Below, piece by piece: positions 10,087 through 19,185 of a DNA stretch of 64,000 nucleotides. The stretch lies in the IMG/VR virus record IMGVR_UViG_3300019458_000025, one strand, 5' to 3'. Source of the DNA: an uncultured virus (IMG/VR IMGVR_UViG_3300019458_000025). Lineage: Duplodnaviria; Heunggongvirae; Uroviricota; Caudoviricetes. The translations under genes and the position numbers were made by a program. Each line of letters begins with the position of its first letter. Position 1 is the first letter of the stretch. Below the pieces are notes generated by a model. That model was not told the origin of the DNA and ran no database searches. It was given only the letters and a program-made list of their open reading frames with translations.

Positions 10087-10341
10087 ATGTCCAAGCCCAG
10101 GAAACGCAAGCGCTGGAGTCCCGAGGTCTACGCAAAGAAGGAGGCCGGACTCAAGCGGTTCGTCCTGGTGGGCGACATCTGCCATCCCGGGAGGATCGTG
10201 GTCGAGGCTTCAACCATCGACGAGGCGGTCAAGAAGGCCGAGGACGGAGATTTCACGGTCTGGGACGAGTCCGCAAAGCACCTCCTTTTCCAATGGAACG
10301 GAGACCCGGAGATGGTCGAGATTCTTCCGTTGGAAGAGTAG
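10087..10341 (+). CDS. Hypothetical protein, N-terminal RKRKRW motif
   Basis: ATG immediately after upstream stop. Confidence 0.7.
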   Translation: MSKPRKRKRWSPEVYAKKEAGLKRFVLVGDICHPGRIVVEASTIDEAVKKAEDGDFTVWDESAKHLLFQWNGDPEMVEILPLEE

Positions 10342-10355
10342 CCCTCATTTTTCGC

Positions 10356-10383
10356 TTGACAACGCATTCACATCTGTTATGAT
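10356..10383 (+). promoter_or_regulatory. Sigma70-type promoter
   Basis: TTGACA-16 nt-TATGAT with extended TG. Confidence 0.6.
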
Positions 10384-10385
10384 CT

Positions 10386-10646
10386 GTGTGGTCGGAGAGA
10401 GTGGTGAGACGGCACTTCAAGGCGTGGGTCTACGAGGGGAAGACGGGCTTCCTCGCGCACGCGCTTGAAACCGACACGGTCGCCCAGGGGAAGACGACGT
10501 TCGAGGCCGTGAGCAATCTTCGCCAGTCGCTCAAGGACGAATGGGACTACATGCAGAAGAGCGGCGTCAACTGTTGGAAGCGGGCGCCCGAGGAATACTG
10601 GAACCGGGCCAAGAGGGACGGTGTGGTCCTGGAGGTGGAAATCTGA
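10386..10646 (+). CDS. HicB-like antitoxin domain protein
   Basis: AHALETDTVAQGKTTFEAVSNL resembles HicB N-terminal pattern. Confidence 0.55.
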   Translation: MWSERVVRRHFKAWVYEGKTGFLAHALETDTVAQGKTTFEAVSNLRQSLKDEWDYMQKSGVNCWKRAPEEYWNRAKRDGVVLEVEI

Positions 10647-10817
10647 CGGCAAAGCGTTTTTTCGTGAACCTTTTGGCGGACTTCTGTGTTTATGATTAGC
10701 TCGGGACAGTGAGGTCGGCCGGGCGTCTGCTACCGCGGGTCTTGAGTAGGGACTCCACGACTGAGGGGGTCAGCCAAGGAGGGCGCCCCGCAGGTCGCCT
10801 GAAAAGGCCCTTGGTCG

Positions 10818-10886
10818 CAGACGTGTTGAAGTGACGGGTTCCTTCTACTTGTAATAGAAAAGACCCGTCGCGACTATTGCCGTTTG
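10818..10886 (+). ncRNA. Y RNA-like gene 1 (Ro stem plus anticodon stem-loop UGU)
   Basis: GTGTTGAAG..GGTTCCTTC / CGACTATTGCC arms directly upstream of Ro60. Confidence 0.7.
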
Positions 10887-10914
10887 CGCCCTTCGGGGCG
10901 GAAGAGGAGAGCCC

Positions 10915-12666
10915 ATGGCCAAAGTCGGGTACACGAAGACCGACGCGGCGTCCCAGATGGCGGCCCACCCGGACGCGAAGACGAACCTCGCCGGAGGTCT
11001 CGCCTTCAACATCAACGACCCCTCGCAGAAGCTCCTCACGATGATCGGGGCCAGCTTCTTCGACGAGCCGACCTACTACAAGCCGTCTCCGGAGGACAAC
11101 AACGTCAACCGTCAGCCGGTCCTGGCCGGGCTCGCCAAGGAGGGCAAGGTCTCGGCCGAGCGCCTGAACGCGCTCACGGACCGCTCGCGCGAGGTCATCG
11201 AGACCGCGATCAAGGTCGCCAAGGGCGAGAACCCGCGCGACCTCCTCTCGCTCGCCCACTGGTGCCGGACGGAGATGAACATCCGGACGACCCCGCAGGT
11301 GCTTCTCGCGGTCGCCGCGGCCTGCCCGGAGACCCGGAAGTTCGTCCTGGAGTACGCCCCGAAGGTGATCCAGCGCGCGGACGAACTCCGCGACGTCTTC
11401 GCGATCTACAGCTACTTCTTCGGGCACCGGCTCCCGCACTCCCTCAAGAAGGGGCTCTCGAAGGCGTTCACGAAGTTCCGCGAGGCGGACTTCCTCAAGT
11501 ACGACGGCGTGGACCGGCCGACGCTCCGGGACGTCCTCCTCATGGTCGAGCGCGAGAAGGACTACCCGGTCTCGAAGGAGGTCTTCGAGTTCTTCGTGAA
11601 CGGCAAGGTGATCGACGAGGCGAAGACGCCGGTCATCGCCGCGCGGAAGAAGCTCTACCAGATGAAGAGCCTCGACGACGAGGCCAAGAAGCTCGCCAAG
11701 GCGAGCCACGCGAACTGGGAAGTCCTCCGCTCGCAGTTCGGGAAGGAGGTCTGGGCGTTCGCGGTCGAGGAGAAGCTCCTGGGCTACATGGCGACGCTCC
11801 GGAACCTCCGGAACATCCTGGAGGCCCAGGTCTCGAAGTCCGTCGTCAAGGCGGTCGCCGCCCGGCTGTCGGACCCGGAGGAGGTCAAGAAGTCGAAGCA
11901 GCTTCCGTTCCGGTTCTTCTCCGCCTACCGCGTCCTCGCCGGAGACGTCGAGAGCCGGTACGAGGTCGGCCGCGCGAAGGGCCGGATGCGCGAGATGGGC
12001 GAAGTCGATGAGGCGTCGGTCAACATCTTCCTGGACGCGATCGACAAGGCGCTCAAGATCTCGGCCGAGGCGCTCCCGAAGTTCCCGGGCGTGACCGCGA
12101 TCTTCGCCGACAACTCGGGCTCGATGTCGAGCCCGCTCTCGGAGAAGTCCACGCTCTCGGTCGCGGACGCCGCGAACATCCTCTGCGCGCTCAGCCTCTT
12201 CACCTGCGAGGAGACCGTGGTCGGCGCGTTCGGGACCGACGTCGCCGTCTGCCGCCTGTCCCAGGAGGACAAGATCCTCCGGAACATGGAGAAGATCGCC
12301 AAGGCCGACACCAAGGGCTGCTCGACCAACGGCTACCGGATCTTCGACTACCTCCGGGAGAAGAAGATCAAGGTGGACCGGGTGATCATGCTCTCGGACA
12401 TGCAGTGCTGGAACAGCACGCAGTCGGACCGGCAGTTCGCCCCGGCGTTCGTGGAGTACAAGCGTTCGGTGAACCCGGACGTCATCCTCCACTCGGTCGA
12501 TCTCCAGGGCCACGGCGACGCCGTGGTCCCGCCGGGCGAGCCCAAGGTGAACCTGGTGTCGGGGTTCAGCGAGAAGATCCTGGCGCGTCTCGCCGAGTTC
12601 GAGGGGATCGGGACCAAGGAGGACAAGCCGATCGCGACGCTCGATTACGTCCGGGCGAACTTCTAG
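10915..12666 (+). CDS. rsr: Ro60/TROVE-domain RNA-binding protein with C-terminal vWA (Rsr)
   Basis: TNLAGGLAF, FFDEPTYY, IQRADE, MATLRNLRN, KQLPFRFFSAY, DNSGSM, LSDMQ, GFSEK. Confidence 0.92.
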   Translation: MAKVGYTKTDAASQMAAHPDAKTNLAGGLAFNINDPSQKLLTMIGASFFDEPTYYKPSPEDNNVNRQPVLAGLAKEGKVSAERLNALTDRSREVIETAIKVAKGENPRDLLSLAHWCRTEMNIRTTPQVLLAVAAACPETRKFVLEYAPKVIQRADELRDVFAIYSYFFGHRLPHSLKKGLSKAFTKFREADFLKYDGVDRPTLRDVLLMVEREKDYPVSKEVFEFFVNGKVIDEAKTPVIAARKKLYQMKSLDDEAKKLAKASHANWEVLRSQFGKEVWAFAVEEKLLGYMATLRNLRNILEAQVSKSVVKAVAARLSDPEEVKKSKQLPFRFFSAYRVLAGDVESRYEVGRAKGRMREMGEVDEASVNIFLDAIDKALKISAEALPKFPGVTAIFADNSGSMSSPLSEKSTLSVADAANILCALSLFTCEETVVGAFGTDVAVCRLSQEDKILRNMEKIAKADTKGCSTNGYRIFDYLREKKIKVDRVIMLSDMQCWNSTQSDRQFAPAFVEYKRSVNPDVILHSVDLQGHGDAVVPPGEPKVNLVSGFSEKILARLAEFEGIGTKEDKPIATLDYVRANF

Positions 12667-12701
12667 AAGTCCGCCCGCAGGCTCTTTCTCAAGCAGACTT
12701 A

Positions 12702-12764
12702 GGCGCGGTGTTGAAGGGAAGGGTTACTTCGATTGAAGGTCTCTTCCCGCCCATTGCCCGTGCC
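12702..12764 (+). ncRNA. Y RNA-like gene 2 (minimal)
   Basis: GTGTTGAAGG..GGTTACTTC / CCGCCCATTGCC with pairing ends. Confidence 0.7.
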
Positions 12765-12771
12765 GAAAAAC

Positions 12772-13005
12772 TGGGGACGTGTTGAAGGAGTAGCGGGCTA
12801 CTTCTAACGATGAACGTCAAAGTCCGCATCCAGAGGTCGAAAGGACCCTCTCGATGAGCGGATGACGTTGTACCCTCCGAGGGGCAATTCGGCGCTACCG
12901 GCCACGATTGACCGGGAGAATCGCACTGGTCCGAGGCGAAGGCCAGAGAATCGTCCTTGCCCGAGTCGAAGACAAGGCTGCCCACTCCGACCATTGCCGC
13001 CCCCA
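12772..13005 (+). ncRNA. Y RNA-like gene 3 (long, multi-hairpin payload)
   Basis: TGGGGACGTGTTGAAGGAG..CTACTTC pairs with CTCCGACCATTGCCGCCCCCA. Confidence 0.65.
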
Positions 13006-13011
13006 AAAATT

Positions 13012-13171
13012 AGGGGCCATCGCGGCGCGGAAACGCGCCGGAACGAGTCTCTTCGGGTGATCAGGCCGAGACAATGGCCGCCGTCCATGCGCAAGTTCGA
13101 CACGGTCGGACAACCTGGCCAGGTTGGTTGCCCATGCGCGACGGGAACAGCCACTCATCACGATGGTCCCT
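13012..13171 (+). ncRNA. Unclassified structured RNA candidate
   Basis: AGGGGCCATCG pairs with CGATGGTCCCT; internal hairpins; intergenic. Confidence 0.45.
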
Positions 13172-13249
13172 GGAAAACGAGCGAGGCGTGCTGGAGGCGC
13201 CAGCGCCGCCTCGAAAACCTTGGAGCCTGTCTCTTTTCTTGGAAAGTAG

Positions 13250-14065
13250 GTGAAGCCGATGGATACGGCGCTGCTCGCGCGGCCCTTCGAGAAGATGGGC
13301 GCGAGGATCAAGCCCTCGTCGCTTCCGTCCTGGGAGAATGGGTTCTCGATGAACATCCTCCGGGACAAGGAGGGCGAGTTCTTCGCGTTCCAGGCGCGCG
13401 GGAACATGAACCTCGCGGCCCAGGTGGTCGATCTCCGCCCCGAGGACCGCCATCTCCTCCTCCTCGTCAAGGAATCGGCCCAGGACGGCAAGGTCACGAA
13501 GCACCGGTTCCTCTGCGGCCACGACGAACGGCACTGGTTCGTCGCGGCCGTTCCCGGCCGGAGCGTGAAGAACGTCCGGGAGGCCATGGAGGCGCTCAAG
13601 CCCGAGAGCGTCCGCGACCGCGAACTCCAGGTGGGCGTCAAGGGCCACGGCCGCAGGCGCCGGAAGAACGCGGCCTACATCCGGCAGGGGGAGTGGTTCT
13701 TCACGCCGGAACCCGGCCTCAACCCGCCCAAACACCTGGTCCTGCGGAACGAGCCCATCCGCCGGGGAGACCGCGGCAAGCCCCACATGATCGAGTTCGT
13801 CTACCGTTCCGGCGGCGAGAACGTCTACGTGAACACGACCTTCCCGAACGGCATCACGGAGGACCAGTACCGGGCGCTCGTCCGCCGGAACCCGAAGAAC
13901 CGGGACGCCCACTGGCGGACCATGCGGCGCGGCGCCGCCGTCTACGCGAAGGGCCGCGTCTGGCACGAAGACCACTCGACGATCGTCCTCCCCGGCTGGC
14001 ACCGGGTCCAGATGAACCGGGAAGCCGAGGCGCCGTCGATGCGGAACGTCGCGTTCCTGGACTGA
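13250..14065 (+). CDS. Conserved-looking hypothetical protein
   Basis: FLCGHDERHWFVA and RQGEWFF motifs; AGTAGG RBS. Confidence 0.8.
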   Translation: MKPMDTALLARPFEKMGARIKPSSLPSWENGFSMNILRDKEGEFFAFQARGNMNLAAQVVDLRPEDRHLLLLVKESAQDGKVTKHRFLCGHDERHWFVAAVPGRSVKNVREAMEALKPESVRDRELQVGVKGHGRRRRKNAAYIRQGEWFFTPEPGLNPPKHLVLRNEPIRRGDRGKPHMIEFVYRSGGENVYVNTTFPNGITEDQYRALVRRNPKNRDAHWRTMRRGAAVYAKGRVWHEDHSTIVLPGWHRVQMNREAEAPSMRNVAFLD

Positions 14066-14202
14066 TGGCCAACTGGAAGCGGAGGAAGCCCAGGAGCCAA
14101 GTCCGCTGCGGGATGTGTACGGACGCCCGGAAGGGCAAAAGCGAAGGCTCTAGGCGTCCGAGGCAGGGAAAGGAATTCCGGCCTCCGATCGAGGCCGAGT
14201 AG
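14065..14202 (+). CDS. Small basic protein with CxxC
   Basis: TGATG overlap; MANWKRRKPRSQVRCGMC. Confidence 0.55.
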   Translation: MANWKRRKPRSQVRCGMCTDARKGKSEGSRRPRQGKEFRPPIEAE

Positions 14203-14213
14203 GAGAGAGGCGC

Positions 14214-14687
14214 GTGATCCGGGCCGAGAGAGGGGACATCTGGTCCTATTCCGAGTCGCACTTCATCGTCATCCCCACGAACATCGGCTGGAAGTGGCAG
14301 GACGGCCGGAACGTGATGGGGCGCGGTCTTGCGCTCCAGGCGACGAAGAAGTGGCCGTACTTCTCCTTCTGGTTCGGCGAGATGTGCCGGAGGCACGGGG
14401 AGAAGACGCCCACCTGCGTCTATCCTTACGGCCCCCTCATCGCGTTCCCGGTGAAGCCGCTCAACAAGAAGGAGCCTCATCTCTCCTGGCGGTCGAACGC
14501 CGACACCGGCCTCATCGAGCGGAGCGCGCGGGAGCTTGCGGCGATCGAGGTGCCGAAGCCTGTCGCGTTGCCCCTCGTCGGATGCGGGAACGGCAAGCTT
14601 GAGATGTCGGAGGTCCGTCCGATCCTCGACCGGTATCTCGGCGATTCCCGGTTCGTCCTCGTCCTTGCGGAGCGCCCGGGAAGCTGA
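14214..14687 (+). CDS. Macro-domain (ADP-ribose-processing)-like protein
   Basis: GDIW..IPTN..VMGRGLA..FPVK..LPLVGCGNGKL. Confidence 0.75.
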   Translation: MIRAERGDIWSYSESHFIVIPTNIGWKWQDGRNVMGRGLALQATKKWPYFSFWFGEMCRRHGEKTPTCVYPYGPLIAFPVKPLNKKEPHLSWRSNADTGLIERSARELAAIEVPKPVALPLVGCGNGKLEMSEVRPILDRYLGDSRFVLVLAERPGS

Positions 14688-14718
14688 CCAAGTTCTCACC
14701 CATATACCCCCCTCTCGG

Positions 14719-14754
14719 GCGGCCGGAGGTCCCCAGCCTCCGGCCGCTTCTTTT
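14719..14754 (+). terminator. Intrinsic terminator
   Basis: GCGGCCGGAGG / CCTCCGGCCGC followed by TTCTTTT. Confidence 0.75.
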
Positions 14755-14758
14755 CCGG

Positions 14759-14786
14759 TTGCAACCGGCCAGTGTAGCGGTATAAT
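14759..14786 (+). promoter_or_regulatory. Promoter of tmRNA, followed by boxA-like GATCTTTCACAA
   Basis: TTGCAA-16 nt-TATAAT. Confidence 0.7.
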
Positions 14787-14815
14787 GGGCCGGTTACAAA
14801 CGATCTTTCACAAGT

Positions 14816-15203
14816 GGGGCCGAACTGGTTTCGACCGGGCGTGAAGGTGGATGTGCTGCGTGCCGTGGATCACCGGTTGGCCACGATAAAAATCCGGTGA
14901 AAACCTAACTGCCAAGGACAACGTCCTTCAGTTCCGGAAGTCCGGGGCGCCCGCCTTCCGGGCTCTCGCGGCCTAAGCCGCGACGTCGAGCGGCGTGACG
15001 CCGATAGCGCAGCTTGACGTTAATACCTCGTGCTGGGCAGCCGGAAGAGTCCGGGAGAAGGCTGCCGAGATCAAGACCGGAACAGGGTTGAGGAAGCGTG
15101 GCGATGCGCGTCCGAAAACCCGAGATCAAACCACCGCCTACGCACGTAGATGCCTCCATGGGCTCGCCTTGGGACGAGGGTTCGATTCCCTCCGGCTCCA
15201 CCA
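14816..15203 (+). ncRNA. ssrA: tmRNA; tag AKDNVLQFRKSGAPAFRALAA (14911..14976)
   Basis: 5' GGGGCCGAACTGGTTTCGAC, 3' GGTTCGATTCCCTCCGGCTCCACCA, tag ending ALAA-stop. Confidence 0.95.
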
Positions 15204-15234
15204 AAAATTTCGCTTTCCGGAAGAGGAGGAACGC

Positions 15235-15687
15235 ATGGTCGATTTCACGCAGTACCTTCCGGCGCTCTCGAACGTCCTCGTCATCCTCGGCTTCGTGGTC
15301 GGAGTCATGGTCTTCTGGACCGCCTTCAAGCTCGGCCAGAAGACCGCGCAGAAGACGGCCGACCACGTCATCCAGACGACGAAGGAAGCCGTGGACCTGG
15401 CCGTCCGCTCCGAACGCGAAATCCGGACGGTGATGGCCCAGATGTTCGCGCTCCAGGCCGATCAGCAGAAGGGAAAGCACCAATCCGAGGCGGAGGACAT
15501 CCGCAAGATGATGGGGGTGATGGAGGAGCGCACGAAGTACGAGATGGAACGGATGAAGGAGCAATACCTTCGCGAGACCGAACTCCTCAAGAAGTCGCAC
15601 GACCATGAAATGGAGATGCAGCGCCGCCACTTCGAGATCCTCACTCGCCAGTTGGAGGAGAAGGCGCGAGCGGACGAAGTCGCTTGA
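15235..15687 (+). CDS. Membrane-anchored coiled-coil protein
   Basis: GAGGAGG RBS; N-terminal TM helix. Confidence 0.75.
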   Translation: MVDFTQYLPALSNVLVILGFVVGVMVFWTAFKLGQKTAQKTADHVIQTTKEAVDLAVRSEREIRTVMAQMFALQADQQKGKHQSEAEDIRKMMGVMEERTKYEMERMKEQYLRETELLKKSHDHEMEMQRRHFEILTRQLEEKARADEVA

Positions 15688-15705
15688 TTCCCATTCCCGT
15701 GTCGC

Positions 15706-16461
15706 ATGCCCTCGGAATCAGGTGGAATCGGCGCTTGCCGGGCGCTCTACATCGACCTCCTGAAACGCGCGCTCCTCAACCGAATCTATTCGGACCGGGA
15801 AGCCGGATTCGACGAAAATAAGCGCGCGACCGGGATGGACTGGCCGAACTTCGCGCACACGATGATCGGCCAGGCGAGGCTCGACAACCTCCAATCCTGC
15901 GTCGAGACGGTCCTCCATGAAGGCATTCCCGGGGACCTGATCGAGACCGGCATCTGGCGCGGGGGCTCCTGCATCTTCATGCGTGGGATGCTCAAGGCGT
16001 ACGGCGAGACCGGCCGGAAGGTCTGGGTCGCCGACTCATTCGAGGGGCTTCCTCCTCCGAACGTCGAGAAGTACCCCAGAGACGAGGGCGTGGACTTCCA
16101 CAAGTATCCGGCCCTCGCTGTCGGTCTTGAGGAGGTCAAAGCGAACTTCGAGCGCTACGGGCTGCTCGATGACCAGGTCGTTTTCCTGAAAGGCTGGTTC
16201 AAGGATACGCTTCCCAAGGCGCCGATCGAGCGGCTGGCGGTGCTGCGCCTTGACGGGGACATGTACGAATCGACGATGGACGCGCTCTTCAACCTTTACC
16301 CGAAGCTGTCCCCGGGCGGATTCGCCATCATCGACGACTACGCCCTCTACTCCTGCGCGAACGCTGTCCACGACTACCGCCGGTGGAACAACATCGCCGA
16401 CGAGATCAAGACCATCGACTGGTGCGGGGCATTCTGGAGGAAGCCCATAGGCGCGCCCTAG
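15706..16461 (+). CDS. TylF/MycF/NovP-family O-methyltransferase
   Basis: HTMIG..GDLIETGIWRGG..ADSFEGLP..GWFKDTL..RLDGDMYES..IIDDY. Confidence 0.9.
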   Translation: MPSESGGIGACRALYIDLLKRALLNRIYSDREAGFDENKRATGMDWPNFAHTMIGQARLDNLQSCVETVLHEGIPGDLIETGIWRGGSCIFMRGMLKAYGETGRKVWVADSFEGLPPPNVEKYPRDEGVDFHKYPALAVGLEEVKANFERYGLLDDQVVFLKGWFKDTLPKAPIERLAVLRLDGDMYESTMDALFNLYPKLSPGGFAIIDDYALYSCANAVHDYRRWNNIADEIKTIDWCGAFWRKPIGAP

Positions 16462-16745
16462 CTCCCGCGCTCCTTGTCCTGGTGCTCCTTCATGACCTCT
16501 CGGGCGATCCGGTCGAACTCCCCGCTTTCGATGGCCTTCTTGATCTTCCAGGACAGCCAGGCGGCGAGCGGCCAGAAGAGCACGACCACGACCGGGACCC
16601 AGACGAACCTCGCGTATTGGCCCTTCCGGCGCCATTCCGCCCGGTCATATCGCGCAAGGCGGGATTCGAAGTTCATGAGAAGCCAGAAGACGCCGACCAC
16701 GAGGTAGTAGAAGAGGACGGTGAGCCAGATCTCGCCCGCGGTCAT
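16458..16745 (-). CDS. Small membrane protein
   Basis: Two hydrophobic helices. Confidence 0.65.
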   Translation of the reverse strand: MTAGEIWLTVLFYYLVVGVFWLLMNFESRLARYDRAEWRRKGQYARFVWVPVVVVLFWPLAAWLSWKIKKAIESGEFDRIAREVMKEHQDKERGS

Positions 16746-16746
16746 C

Positions 16747-17619
16747 TCAAGCGGGCCACGGACAGGTCGTCGCGTACGGCGCGAGCCTCCGGGCAACCTC
16801 CTCCATCGTCGGACGCTTGGCTGGGTCTTTCGCGAGCATCCGGCAGACAAGGTCGTCCACTTTCTTCGGAATCCGGACGTAGTAGGACGGCCGGACGGGC
16901 GCGACCGTGGAGACCTCCTCCTGGAGGACTTCGAAGGGCTTGTCCGGGACGAACGGAAGCCGACCGGTCAGCATCTCGTAGAGCATGACCCCGAGGGCGT
17001 AGACGTCGGTCGGCTCGTTCGTGTGCTTCCAGTAGCCGTGCATCTGTTCCGGGCTCATGTAGGCATCGGTCCCGGCGACCTCGCCCTTGTAATAGGGAGC
17101 CTTCCCGGCCTCGTAGGAGAGCCCGAAATCGAGGAGTATGAGCCCCTCGTCGGTTTCGAGGACGTTCTCGGGTTTCAGGTCCGCGTGGACGATCCCGCGG
17201 TCGTGGACGCGGGCGAGGATCTCCGCCAGGGTCTCGCCGACGCAGAGGCGTTCGGTAACGCTGAGATCCTCGCCGTCGAAGAGGATGGCGTCGAGGGGCC
17301 TGCCTTCCACGTACTCGGTGACGAAGTAGTCCTTGCCGCTTTCGATCAGGCCGGGAATGCCGGAAACGCCGATCAGTTCCCAGAGCGCCCCGGCCTCGCT
17401 CTGGAAGCCTTCCGCCGCGATCTTGTCGCGGGCGACTTTCGCGACGCCGACCTGGCGGGTGTCCTTGTCCTCGACCAGGTAGGCGGTCCCGAAGGCGCCT
17501 TCGCCCAGGGTCTTCCGGACGATGTAGCGTTCCCGGGCCTTCTCCCAGGTCTGGGCGGTCTTGGCTCCCGGCGGCGCGAGGAGTCCGAGACCGTACGGAC
17601 GGATCTCGCCGAGAGCCAT
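16747..17619 (-). CDS. Hanks-type Ser/Thr protein kinase
   Basis: LGEGAFG, VAK, HADLKPEN, DFG, YMSPEQ, DVYALG. Confidence 0.92.
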   Translation of the reverse strand: MALGEIRPYGLGLLAPPGAKTAQTWEKARERYIVRKTLGEGAFGTAYLVEDKDTRQVGVAKVARDKIAAEGFQSEAGALWELIGVSGIPGLIESGKDYFVTEYVEGRPLDAILFDGEDLSVTERLCVGETLAEILARVHDRGIVHADLKPENVLETDEGLILLDFGLSYEAGKAPYYKGEVAGTDAYMSPEQMHGYWKHTNEPTDVYALGVMLYEMLTGRLPFVPDKPFEVLQEEVSTVAPVRPSYYVRIPKKVDDLVCRMLAKDPAKRPTMEEVARRLAPYATTCPWPA

Positions 17620-17625
17620 CGGTCT

Positions 17626-17976
17626 CTAGAGGTCGGTCTCGTCCTCGGGGTCCTGCTCGGACTCCTCGGTCTCTGGCGTCTCGCCCTCGTGGAAGACCTC
17701 CTCGGCCTCCGAGAGCGCCTGATCGGCCTCCGTGTCGGCCGTGGGCGCGGCGGTGGCGGGAGCGGGCGTCGCCGCGGCCTTGGCGGGCGGGGGCGCCGAA
17801 GCCGTCGCCGGAGGAGGCGTCTTGAGCGACTTCTTCGTGTTCTCGACCGCGATGTCGGCCAGGCGGCTGGCCGTCTTGTCGGCGGTCTTCTGCTGCTTCT
17901 TCTTCGCGGCCTCGATCTGCTCCGGGGTCGGGGTCGGCGGGGGCAGGTGCCCGGCTCGCGCTACGGGATGCGGCAT
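17626..17976 (-). CDS. Pro/Ala-rich, acidic-tailed hypothetical protein
   Basis: AAGGAG RBS. Confidence 0.7.
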   Translation of the reverse strand: MPHPVARAGHLPPPTPTPEQIEAAKKKQQKTADKTASRLADIAVENTKKSLKTPPPATASAPPPAKAAATPAPATAAPTADTEADQALSEAEEVFHEGETPETEESEQDPEDETDL

Positions 17977-18021
17977 CGTGGTCTCCTTCCTCTTCCATCC
18001 AAAAATGTGAACATCTGTATT

Positions 18022-18528
18022 CTACCGCCAGCCCGCGCAGGAATCAATGATTGCCGCGAGCCGGTTGGCCCATCCGTCCGAGATGAAGTGCTTCCGGAGG
18101 CCGTCGCAGAGCTTCTGGAGTTCCTTGAGCGCCTCGACCGCGCCGATGTCCTTGAACGCGAGTTTCCGGGAGATCGTCCGGAGTTGCCAGGCGACGCAGT
18201 CGCCGAACTCGTCCTTGAACTTCTGGGCGCGCTTCATCTCGTAGGCGTCGGCGCCGTACTTGGACCAGCCGTTCCGGTCAAGATCCAGGCGCGTTTCGCG
18301 GTTCCGGGCCTCGTTCTGGCCCTGCCATTCGGTGCCCTCCAGGAGGCCGTAGTCCTCCTTCTGGGCCTCCTCATCGACCATGGGCTCGGCGATGTCGTAC
18401 CTGCGGACGAAGAAGTCCATCAAGTTGTCGATCAGCCAGTAGTCGCTCGCTTGCCGCTTTCGGGCGGTCGCGACCGCCTTCCCGATCATCTCGATCATGT
18501 CGAAGACGTACTCCCGAGTGATCCGCAT
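18022..18528 (-). CDS. Hypothetical protein
   Basis: GGAGG RBS before MRITREYV. Confidence 0.7.
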   Translation of the reverse strand: MRITREYVFDMIEMIGKAVATARKRQASDYWLIDNLMDFFVRRYDIAEPMVDEEAQKEDYGLLEGTEWQGQNEARNRETRLDLDRNGWSKYGADAYEMKRAQKFKDEFGDCVAWQLRTISRKLAFKDIGAVEALKELQKLCDGLRKHFISDGWANRLAAIIDSCAGWR

Positions 18529-18949
18529 TCCAGCCTCCTTGAAATAGCCGATGACCCAAGCTAGAATGGGGACTCCATGTTTCTCTCCTAAGTACCCAGG
18601 GGCACGGGTGACCGCCCGTGCCCCTGGGCGCCCCATCCAGCCCGCCAACCGGACTCCCAGGATTACTCGCCCAGCCGATCCTCCGGAACCATGAAACCGG
18701 TACTCCCCTGGAATGACCCTTCAGGTCCCGACATCGCAACGAAAAACTACATCGAACACACTCTCATCCGTCTTACGAGGCAGCGTTTCCGCGGTGACAG
18801 ACAAAATCGACACCCCCTGCGTTATGCGGAATCCGCGCGCCTGGATTAGGGGAAATCGTCAATGGATATACTCCCGTCCGTCCTACGAACGACACCCTAC
18901 CTCCGTGACATCGAATCGACGTCGTTGCCCTATCCCGGCCGCTGTAAAC

Positions 18950-19185
18950 CCTAAATCGGCACTCCCTTGGCTATAGTGCCGGGACCAGCGGGCTGTTGGT
19001 CCGAAAATCGTCGGCGACACTTCCTTCTTGGTGCTACGCGCGAAGTTCGTTACAGTGACACCGAAGACACTTCCTTGGCCTCTACCGGTCCCGGTGTCCG
19101 ATTACTGGTTGAAAAGGCACCGAAGACACTTCCTTGCTTCTACGCGGAAAGCTCGTTCCAGTGACGCCAAATACACTCCCTTGCA
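18950..19185. repeat. Degenerate ~50-60 bp iterated repeats with core CAC(T/C)TCC(C)TTG
   Basis: Exact CACCGAAGACACTTCCTTG at 19059 and 19118, plus variants. Confidence 0.7.

Noticed and set aside
13095..13155. SRP RNA
   Set aside because: GCCAGG is present but the GGAA tetraloop and AGCAG of helix 8 are not.
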